From: Mytilus galloprovincialis
Lineage: Eukaryota
NCBI RefSeq assembly: GCF_965363235.1
Contig: NC_134847.1
Span: 69,974,935-70,038,934, forward strand
Direction: 5' to 3'
Length of the DNA stretch: 64,000 nt
Numbering within the stretch: the stretch's first letter is position 1; the number at the start of each line of letters is the position of its first letter. Shown in pieces: positions 49,612 through 59,770 of the stretch. The position numbers and the translations under genes were made by a program. The notes beneath the pieces were generated by a model that worked only from the letters and a program-made list of their open reading frames with translations, searched no databases and had not been told where the DNA came from.

Positions 49612-50689
49612 ATAAATACTATTTAAATATACTTGAAATGTTTGAAAATTGGTTTCATTTAACTTTAGGTATATTTTCTCAGGAACTCTTACCTCGCGTT
49701 TATTACAAGGCCGGTCTCCATACCAACTTATGTTCACGGCGAGTGCCTTGCAAGAAGCAAGCTCTGTTCTCCCTCAGACGTAGCCCCTGATTTTTCGGGA
49801 TCAATGTTTCTTATTTATTTGTCATTTGTTCATTTACCCTTCTGTATTCTGTTTGTGTTGCATTCATTTTGTAATTGAGCAATTTTGTTATTAACCTGAT
49901 CATTAGGTCTTTTGATGTTGTCCCTAGAAACTTAAGTCTTACACTGAATCTATACATTTTGCTGTGAGACCAAGAAAGGGTCTGGGGAACACCCAGATAG
50001 CATGATTTTGCATCATTTGTTCTACATCTTCTGTGCCTTCAGTGGCTCCAAAATCCTTTAAAAAAATGTTTGCCTCGCTCCGCTTGGCTTGTGGAAACAT
50101 GTTTTCCAAGACTAGTTACAACCAAACTTTGATACTGTGTATTTATGCAATACGTACATGTATATGCAGTTGGGAATATAGAAGATTCATTTCTGCAGAG
50201 GATGATGATTAATTCTGATTAAATGGTACATAACGTCTTGACTATACATGTATAATTTTATAATAAACAAATACTTTTAAAATTGTATATTTTTGAATAT
50301 CAAAGCTATAGTTGTGAAAATAAATAATCAGTCCCTTGCTTTAATGAAAATAAAAAATCTTGCTTCAATACTGCAGAAAATAGATTACCTGTCCGCTTAG
50401 TTTACAAAAATAAATAACCGATCAAAAACAAATCCTATTGTCCCCCCACCCCACCCCGAATATTTTAAAATGGTCGTCCACTTAGTAGTTTAGAATTTCT
50501 TCAATATCCGCAGGTTCCGTCTGCTCAAAATATCCTGTAGGTAGGGGTTGTGTCATAATCCATCTCTACAGGTAGGTTTGATAATTGTTCGGTTGTGTTT
50601 TGTCGTAGTCGGTTATGTACGGTCTGTTATCCTTGTTCTGTCGATAAAATACTATGGCCACGACTTATCTGGTGGCTTGTTTACCTCAG

Positions 50690-50890
50690 GAATAGATTAC
50701 CTTAGATGTATTTGGCAAAACTTTTAGGAATTTTTGGTCCTCAATGCTCTTCAACTTCGTACTTTATTTGGCCTTTTATAACATTTTTGATTTGAGCGTC
50801 CCTGATGAGTATTTTGTAGACGAAACGCGCGCCTGGCGTAAATATTAAATTTTATTCCTGGTATCTATGATGAGTTTATTTCCAAACATC
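50690..50890 (+). repeat. Solo copy of the retrozyme-like unit with a near-intact hammerhead (50793-50841)
   Basis: ..ctcaatgctcttcaacttcgtactttatttggcc..gagcgtccCTGATGAGtattttgtagaCGAAACgcgcgcctggcgtaa; helix II has one A:G mismatch. Confidence 0.55.
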
Positions 50891-51321
50891 AGTAGCATGT
50901 CTTGATTGCTGTGCTTTAGTTTTTTTGTTGGTTTAGCTTAGTGCTCATGCATGTATATAATATATAGTATTTAAAATTAGTTCAGCGAAAATGTGCATAA
51001 AATGTATGGTCTATATGTCTTTTATGTTTTAATATTAGTATTGAGTATGATTATTGTGAAAATGTATGTATTTGTCGGTTATAAAAGTTCAAACAGATTA
51101 TTTTTAATTGTTATGTGACATGCTGCCTATAAATAAAGCTTTGAATTGAGTTGAACTGACCAACAGTTCAAATCTGACTCTTTGTCTTGAGCGCTGCGTT
51201 ACAGACTCGTATCCTGGTAATAGTACTCAGTTGGAATTAAACTGTTAACCTGTAGTTTTCATGCACACAAGTATTACAAAAGTTTCGTCAACAGTAATAC
51301 ATCGAGTAGCATATAATATTA

Positions 51322-51461
51322 GTTATCTTGGTGTAATCAGGGGTGTACAGAATTTTACACCGTTGTTGAAAATTCATACACCCTGAGGCGCAGCCGAATG
51401 GGTGTATGAATTTTCAACAACGGTGTAAAATTCCGTACACCCCTGATTACACCAAGATAAC
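51322..51461. repeat. 140-nt near-perfect hairpin (62-bp stem with 1 mismatch, about 17-nt loop)
   Basis: gttatcttggtgtaatcaggggtgtacagaattttacaccgttgttgaaaattcatacaccc-tgaggcgcagccgaatg-gggtgtatgaattttcaacaacggtgtaaaattccgtacacccctgattacaccaagataac. Confidence 0.85.
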
Positions 51462-51639
51462 GAATTTATTTCTTATGAACAATTCTATTACTCATTTTTA
51501 AACCAGGATGTAAAAAATTTCCAGTTTAACAATATTTCAATGGCGAACTTGCTGTGCATTGTCAACTACTTTTTTTCTTTATTTTAGGGAAAATTCCTTA
51601 ATTATTTTGTTCTTTTGAATTGTTGGGGAAACAAAAAAT

Positions 51640-51694
51640 TAAAAATATTTTTTTTATTTTTTTTTTTTTTGACTGATTTTATTATTTTTATTTG

Positions 51695-51747
<53 letters not shown>

Positions 51748-51760
51748 TACATACTTTATT
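51640..51760. repeat. Long poly(T)/poly(A) tracts
   Basis: Direct reading. Confidence 0.9.
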
Positions 51761-52388
51761 GAAAACTTTCACATTTGTTAGTTTGATACAGAAAGTACCG
51801 GTACCTTATCCCGGCCTCGTTAAACATTAGATTGTATATTTAGAAAAATTGTTAGTAATTGTTAGTACTCAAAATTACAAAATATATATACAGTATATTA
51901 TTGTGTATCAATTATTTCAATATTGATCAATAAAGTGAGAATTTTATTTAAGAAAGAATGTGAGAAGAGAAGAGAAAATAATTTTTTTTTTTTTTTTTTG
52001 GCAAAATTTTAATATTTAAAATTTTCGTCAAAATCTTATTTGTAATTTTTTTTTGGCAAAATTTTATTTATCCCCGGGTGAACAAGGGTGGGGTGTTATT
52101 TACACCGGGGTTATTAACCAATCAGATTGCAGTATTTCTGCTGCATAAGAAATAAATATTGTTACAATCGTTCTTACACACGAAAGTGTCTAAATACACC
52201 GTTTGCGCATGAGCACATTTGTCGACGCCAATGTCTTCAACGTTGAGTTTGCTGTAAAAGTCTTGTTTGGATGCTAGTTCGTTCAATCTTCTTCAATCTT
52301 TTCTAACCATTTATGTATTCTTAGGGTCTTAGGGATACTTCCATTTGTAGCAACAACATGAAGTGTTCATCACATGTCGTCCTAAATG

Positions 52389-52616
52389 AGGGCCCTCATG
52401 GGGTTTTTGATTATGTGATTACTTGGCCGTTTTTTAATGATTATTTGATTATTAAGCCAAATATTTCATGATTATTTGATTACCTAGGACTGTATTTTTA
52501 GTTTATGATTATTTGATTACTAAAGATAAGCAAATATTTAATGATTATGTGATTATATTGGCAAAAAAATGATGATTATGTGATTACTAGGACCCCCCCC
52601 CCCCCCATGAGGGGCC
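52389..52616. mobile_element. 228-bp MITE with about 14-bp TIR (gggccctcatgggg / ccccatgaggggcc) and a 9-bp TSD TCCTAAATG; internal tgattatttgattac tandem repeats
   Basis: tcctaaatg at 52380-52388 and 52617-52625 flanks the element. A 9-bp TSD is Mutator-like. Confidence 0.7.
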
Positions 52617-52769
52617 TCCTAAATGTCTTGAATTGATTAAAACGATTTGGGAACAAACCGTGATGGTTTGTTGTCCCAGTTACAGCGGTTGTTTGCATGA
52701 CCTTGATATCCCTTGGAGACGATTGTGATTGAGAAACTTGTGTTTCCCTAGAGCTTTCTCATTGATATA

Positions 52770-52935
52770 TAGACAATAATTGTTTAGTGTCTTTAAATAT
52801 CGGCTGTATTTGTACGAGGCTAGGAAACAAGGTGTATGCGAGCGTTTAGCGAGCATCTACGCCTGTTTCGAGCCGAGTACAAATACAGCTGATATTTAAA
52901 GACACTAAACAGTTATATAATTATTGTCTTTGTCC
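52770..52935. repeat. Inverted repeat, about 55-bp arms (gacaataattgtttagtgtctttaaatatcggctgtatttgtac / its reverse complement)
   Basis: Direct reading. Confidence 0.7.
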
Positions 52936-53971
52936 TGCAATTAATTCTGTATTTTATTTGTGTTTTGAAAGACACGAACACACATGTATTGCATTTATTT
53001 TCGATTTGAAATCAATACAGTAACCACACCTTCAGCTGAAGACGGGTTCGCAAAAAAAGAATCTCGAATGGTCAACAATAATACATCGCTCAAGGTGAAT
53101 ACTTATCTATTTAACATAACAACAAATTTCAACAGTAAAAACAAATAACCAACTTAAAAATTGAAACAGGAGTGTACGAGTTGTCCTATGCTTCAGACTC
53201 GACATTCACTAAACATGCATGCTGAAATTGACATGGTTGTTACCGTATGACCATGGTCATTACCGTATGACCATGGTCATACGGTCTGATTAGTCAGAGG
53301 CTAAACGTCAGGTTCGGGTAAATCTGTTAACGATATTTCTGTTATTTCATTGGTTATAAATACTGCTTCGCGGCTGTTTCCGGAATGATTTTTGGGGAAA
53401 TGAAGGTCTTTTTAACGTCTGATTGGCTATTAATGAGTGGCATGCATTATATGTTCAACGCGTCCGTAAGTGGGGTCGGATTGAAATCATGATACTAGGT
53501 TATATGTATATATTATGATAAAGTGTTCATTTGCTATAGTGATTAGTTATGATGATAACTCACGACAAACTGTCAATTTGGTGCAGATTATATAATCATG
53601 TGACAATGTGGTGATTTAATCTTGTAATTATGTTGCTATTTTGTTAAGAAACTGTACATTTATGTATTATTGCTATTCTCTAAAAATAGAACAGTAATGC
53701 GTATAATTTACACTTTAAACTGCGTATTAAAACGGTTAAATGATTGAGATCGACGAGCATTGAGATACTTTTGTGTTAGATTTCTTCGTAAGCTTAGATT
53801 TTTTAAAAATAGTAAATACATAAAACGTATGCTCTATGTATAAAAATAATAACCATTTATTTTTCATTGCTTGGACATATTGATTAGAAAATATTAGAAT
53901 CACGGAATTTACCGAAGATGTAATTTCGTTTCCAGCATTCATCGCTTCATTGATTTCTGATGTAAATAAGG

Positions 53972-56900
53972 GTTACACTAATGACTGGACCGAATGACAG
54001 GACCGAATGACAGGACCAAATGAAAAATGCTAATAACTTTTTCATTTCGCAAAGGATTGATCTCAAATTTGAAATATAATAAGATTTCATCATTTGATAA
54101 ATAGATTTAAGAAAAAAATTAAAAAGTTTTGTAAGAAACTTTAGAAAACGTGACATGACCAACTCTGATAATGACAGGACCAACATCGAGAATGACAGGA
54201 CCAAATCAAATTGCTAATAACTTTTTTGTTTTTCAAACGAATTATTTCAGATTTGAAATATAAAATGGATGTCATATTTTGAAACCAAATTGTTATAAAA
54301 ATTATAGATTTATTTTCAAAAACTTTCGAAAAGGTGGCATGACCATCGCTGATTGACATGATCAACCTCGACAATGACAGGACCAGATGAAATTGCTAAT
54401 TTCTCTTTTATTTCTCAAAATATTTTTCTGAAATTTGAAATATAATAAGATTTCATCATTTATCAAATAAATTTAAAAAAAAAATACACAAAAAATATGT
54501 AAGAAACTTTAGAAAACGTGACATTACCAACTCTGATAATGACAGGACCAACTTCGACAATAACAGGACCAAATAAAAATGCTAATTTCTTTTTTATTTT
54601 TCAAAAGAATTATCTCAGATTTGAAACATAAAATGATATGTCACATTTTGAAACATTTATGTTATAAAAAATAAAGATTTATTTTCAAAAACTTTCAAAA
54701 TCGTGACATGATCCCATCGCTGACTGACATGACCAACCTCGACAATGACCTGAACAAATAAATTGCTAATAATTCTTTTATTTCGCAGAATATTTCTCTG
54801 AAAATTAAAATATGTGAAGATTATACCATTTTATACATAAATATAAGAAAAAGGTATAAAAGCTTGCTGAAATGTGAACTGTTAACGTTGTCAATAACAG
54901 GACAATCCTCGACAATTAATGACAGGACCAAATAAAAATGCTAATTATGCATAACATTTGACAGAATATTTGAAATAATGACAATTAAGACCATTTTGCA
55001 CATCATATAAGAAAAATATAGAAAAAAAAACGTATTGAAAGCTTGCGGTTGTGTGACCTGACCAACATCGGCTATGATCTGGCCAATGATTTTACTGAAA
55101 TTGTTCAATTCTGATCCATAATTAGTAAGATATATCTTATAAATTCAGGAAAATATATTCTATGGTGGTTAAAATTCTTGACCTAGCTACTAAACATGCT
55201 AAACGTATGTTGGCAGAGAGTCACAGGACATGCAGAGTCACAGGACAAAAAGACACGAATGATCACTATATTTAAGAAATATTTATATGTAATTACATTT
55301 AAGAGATTGTTCATTAAACTATAGATAAATTCAGATTTATTGAATTGTCATCATAATATTTCTTGACATCATGAAGCCCAATTTAAGCCACTTTGAAAAG
55401 GTATCAAACCTTTTAAAGTAGTCCGTGAAAATGTTTGATTCAGTATATTTTATGAAAATATTTAAAACTACCAAGAAAACATGCATGCAAGGGTCGGGCA
55501 TACTTCAAGAAATGTTTTTTTGTTTATTTATTATGAGGGGGAAAAAACTATCAAGATATACCCTGCATATACTCAAGCATACATGGAAATAATTATTTAA
55601 TGTTCTGAAAATATTTAATAAAACAACGACATGAACTATTATGTGATTTTAATTACTGTCATCACAATCTTTATTGGATTTATCAACTTATTTATGGCTT
55701 ATGTCACACCTTTTGTTTGTTACCTTATAATTGTTTTCAGACGTGTCAGATTATGTCCGGTAATTAATATACAAAATAATCTGAATGAATGAATGAATGA
55801 TCTTTATTCTCAACCCAAATACATAGTTAAGAGTTAAGATATAGCATGTGTGAAATATCAATTAATATGATAAATATTTACACCAAAGATAAATAAAGTT
55901 TGCTTTTTCCCTTATTTTCTAAAAACTTATAAATCATTCAATCTTAATGTGTTTTTTTTTAATTATTATTATTAATTTCAACCAGGATTTCTATAGTAGG
56001 AACTATGGTCATTTCACGTTTTCGTAATAAAAAAAAAATCTAGATTTTTTTCTTTAATTGATGTTTTAAAAGATGAGATCACATTTTATTTTAAATCTGA
56101 CATAATTCCTTTTCAAAATTAAAAAGTGAATAGCATTTGTATTTGGTCCTGTCCTTGTCAAGGTTTGTCCTGTCATTGTCAGTGTTGGTCAGGTCACATT
56201 ACAGCAAGCTTTTAATATTTTTTTCCCTACATTATTCCTATTTTTATGTATAAAATGGTTAAATCTGACTATATCTCAAGTTTCAGAAAAATATTTTTTA
56301 GAAATAAAAAGTAATTAGCAATTTCATCTGGTCCTGTCAGTCAGCGATGGTCATGTCACGTTTAAACTTTCTATATTTTTTATAACATTTATTTTTTTCA
56401 AAATATGACATATTATTTTATATTTCAAATCTGAGAGAATTCCTTAAAAAAAAAGAGTTATTAGCATTTTACTTTGGTCCTGTCATTGTCGATGTTGGTC
56501 ATGGTCATGTCACGTTTTCTAAAGTTTCTTACAATTTTTTTTAATTTTTTTTCTTAAATCTATTTATCAAATGATAAAATCTTATTATATATCAAATTTC
56601 AGAAAAATATTTTGAGAAATAAAAGAAATTAGCAATTTCATCTGGTCCAGTCATTGTCGAGGTTGGTCCTGTCAATCAGCGATGGTCATGTCACGTTTTC
56701 GAAAGTTTTTGAAAATAAATCTATAATTTTTATAACATTTTGGTTTCAAAATATGACATACCATTTTACATTTCAAATCTGAAATAATTCCTTTGAAAAA
56801 CAAAAAAGTTATTAGCATTTTTATTTGGTCCTGTCATTCTCGATGTTGGTCCTGTCATTATCAAAGTTGGTCATGTCACATTTTCTAAAGTTTCTTACAA

Positions 56901-57057
56901 AACTTTTTAATTTTTTTCTTAAATCTATTTATCAATTGATGAAATCTTATTATATTTCAAATTTGAGATCAATCCTTTGAGAAATGAAAAAGTTATTAGC
57001 ATTTTTCATTTGGTCCTGTCATTCGGTCCTGTCATTCGGTCCAGTCATTAGTGTAAC
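53972..57057. mobile_element. Foldback-type element (about 3.1 kb): about 1.1-kb and 0.9-kb inverted arms built from roughly 190-bp tandem subrepeats, about 1.1-kb spacer, no ORF
   Basis: Left terminus gttacactaatgactggaccgaatgacaggaccgaatgacaggaccaaatgaaaaatgctaataac; right terminus agcatttttcatttggtcctgtcattcggtcctgtcattcggtccagtcattagtgtaac (its reverse complement). Arm 1 at about 53972-55070 and arm 2 at about 56150-57057 carry gacaggacc / ggtcctgtc motifs every roughly 190 bp. Confidence 0.75.
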
Positions 57058-57757
57058 AGTGAGGAACAACCGGACGTGGAGGAAGGTGGACGTGTTTTCT
57101 GAGCTGACCTATTCTGTCGCCTACACTTACCCGCACCCACTTAGTAGTTGATTGTGTCATTACTCAAACACTAGTGCAAGTATTTGACAATTTATTGTCA
57201 TTTAATAGCGGTTTTAGCAGAAAATTCATTGCGAGTGAAGGACAGGTAACATAGCGTCACCCAGCGCCATCTTGAAAAAATTTCAAAACTTTCAAAGCAA
57301 AGGTGTTAAGTCTATACTTCACCTGAAATTAGTCTCTCCTTTCCCGGGAAACACAAGAACAATGTGTTGCTGATGTTTACTGAATTTTTAATTAACTTTT
57401 AACGAACTTTTAGTGTCCATTATTTTATCCAAATCGAGTAGTTTGAAAATGATCAGTATTCTTGTGTAGTTTCACAGTCTGTGTACTCGTTCTCATTCTT
57501 CATTTTACCTTTTATCGCTTGATAAATTTTTTAGATTTTATTGTATGTAGTAAGGTTTTTCATTTTACCTTTTAAAACACTTGAATTAAATTTTAAGCCA
57601 GTACTTTTAAGTTTGTGTTACTATAAAGTGTTTTATAATCAGTTTTTAATTTTTAAACTGTCCTTGATGTAGCACATGTTAGCAGATAAGTTATTTTTGC
57701 TCAAAATATTTTTGTGTAAATCTATTACCACACTCATTAAATTCTTTGTTTGGTAAA

Positions 57758-59770
57758 ATGGAAATTGCCAGAAGAAGAAGTGACCGAGTTAAAGGCAAGA
57801 AAGTAATGTTTACTCCCTGTAAAACTGTATCTAATACTGCAACAAAAAACAAGAAGTCTAATAGTAATAGTAGTATTAATGAAAAAACTGTTGATTATGA
57901 ATTAAATAAAAGAAAGGCTGTTAGCAAGAAGCTTGATGCTGCCGAACGGTTGTATACAGTAAAAACTGAAATAAGTCCAGGTAATCTGGTCCTTATCTTC
58001 TCTGCTGCTGCTTATGAAGAATTCAAAGTTATAACACAGTCAGTTGTAAACAACACTGGTCTGCAGATAAATAAGACTGAGACTAAGGATAAATTAGGTG
58101 CCATTGTATCTGAATCACTGGCGATCCATAATGGAAGCACAAAATTATTTGTTTTGAACTTTTTTAATACCACAACAAAAGTCCTTTTGAATGGCAACCA
58201 ATCATATATAAAGGAATTTATAACCACTGCTCTCGGGGACATATTGTGTATTCTTGACCGTAACTCCAAATTTAGTCTTATAAACAATCAAATCAGAGAA
58301 TATTGTAAAATGTTTTTAGATAACACGCAACAAAGTAATCTGGACACAGCAAGTAAAGATGAGCAAGGGGTACAAATTTTAAGTAAGAAGTCAATGGTTA
58401 GTTCTAAACAACAGACAGTGGGGACCTGTTCTAATATTAAGTCAAAAACTATTCAAAGTGACATCTTATGTCCAACATGTAAGAAAGTCTGTGGAAATGA
58501 CTCAAAGGCAGTAGAGTGTGACATATGTAATGTATGGGTCCATTATAGCTGTGAAAAACTTGGTCTAAGTGACATTCATGTAATTGAAAATGACTTAACA
58601 GCAGAGTATATCTGTATAAGCTGCAAACAGTTGAGAGCCTTGCAGGCTGATTGTGTAGCAGGAGGGTCTATCTCTGATAATAGTAATGACTCAAATAAGG
58701 GGGAAGAAATGCCAAGATCGTCCCTCTCAAGTGCTGATATTAACCCCATGGCTCGGGGGTCGGTTGTTTCTGGTGTTACTATAATACATAAAGACAATAG
58801 ACTGTTTTCTAATAATAATTCCACAAATGATGAGGATATAAATAAGGACAATTCAAGAAGTGATAGCTCCTATAGTTCCGTACAAATGGGTTCAAACATT
58901 TTAAAAGAAGAAATAATCTCTCTAAAATTAGAAATTACTCATAAAGATAAAGGAATCAAGCAAAAGGACAGTCAAATTTATAAGTTACAAACAGAAGTGT
59001 CCACTCAGAAAAAAGAGCTTGCAGCAAGTAGAGCGTATGCTATAAAACTGGAAAATGACATTAGGGATTTAGAACACTCTTTGTTAATTCAAAAACAAAA
59101 ACAAAGTTCAAGCGTGAATGCGGACTTTAACAGGCAAAGTCCTTTTAGTGATAATAGTAATAAATCCGAATCAGAAAACTTAAAAAGTTGGTTTTTTGAA
59201 CAGAGGATGAGGCAAATGGAATTGGAAATTTGTAAACAAGATAATAAAATAAGTAATCTAAGTGATAAACTGTTGGACTTGAGATTTGACAACAATAATC
59301 AATCAACACGGTCTCGACAAAGGCAAAATAGAGGGAGGCAAAATAATGCTAATAAGTACAGTAGAAACGAAAGGTCTCAATTTGATAGACATAGTGAAAA
59401 CAAGCACTGTAAATTTCAGAATGATTTTGCAGATTTTAGTGGGGGTATGTCATTTCGGCACGATGAATCCCAACCCAATAGTCTTCACATTGATAATAGT
59501 GGTAGTGAAAATGAGACCAATTCTGTGGTTAATGGTCAAACAAACAATAGTGATAATTTTTTAGGGAATATTCATTCCAGGGGGAAATCAAAATGTCAAA
59601 CACAAGCAAGGAAAAGATTTCACGAGAAATCGGAGCAAATATATATACCCCCAAGAAAGCAAATGAAACAAGTACCGCCGAGGTTCCAACGTCTTCAACA
59701 GGAAAAGTTGGGTTGCACACAGAGAGACAATTTAATGATGCCCACATTGGGTCAATCCACAAAAATGTAG
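57758..59770 (+). CDS. LINE ORF1: PHD-type zinc finger (CPTCKKVCGNDSKAVECDICNVWVHYSCEKL...CISC) plus coiled-coil protein
   Basis: First ATG at 57758 (the ORF-track start at 57746 is TTG). Cys/His spacing typical of a PHD finger. Heptad-rich LKLEITHKDKGIKQKDSQIYKLQTEVSTQKKELAASRAYAIKLENDIRDLEH. Confidence 0.7.
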   Translation: MEIARRRSDRVKGKKVMFTPCKTVSNTATKNKKSNSNSSINEKTVDYELNKRKAVSKKLDAAERLYTVKTEISPGNLVLIFSAAAYEEFKVITQSVVNNTGLQINKTETKDKLGAIVSESLAIHNGSTKLFVLNFFNTTTKVLLNGNQSYIKEFITTALGDILCILDRNSKFSLINNQIREYCKMFLDNTQQSNLDTASKDEQGVQILSKKSMVSSKQQTVGTCSNIKSKTIQSDILCPTCKKVCGNDSKAVECDICNVWVHYSCEKLGLSDIHVIENDLTAEYICISCKQLRALQADCVAGGSISDNSNDSNKGEEMPRSSLSSADINPMARGSVVSGVTIIHKDNRLFSNNNSTNDEDINKDNSRSDSSYSSVQMGSNILKEEIISLKLEITHKDKGIKQKDSQIYKLQTEVSTQKKELAASRAYAIKLENDIRDLEHSLLIQKQKQSSSVNADFNRQSPFSDNSNKSESENLKSWFFEQRMRQMELEICKQDNKISNLSDKLLDLRFDNNNQSTRSRQRQNRGRQNNANKYSRNERSQFDRHSENKHCKFQNDFADFSGGMSFRHDESQPNSLHIDNSGSENETNSVVNGQTNNSDNFLGNIHSRGKSKCQTQARKRFHEKSEQIYIPPRKQMKQVPPRFQRLQQEKLGCTQRDNLMMPTLGQSTKM

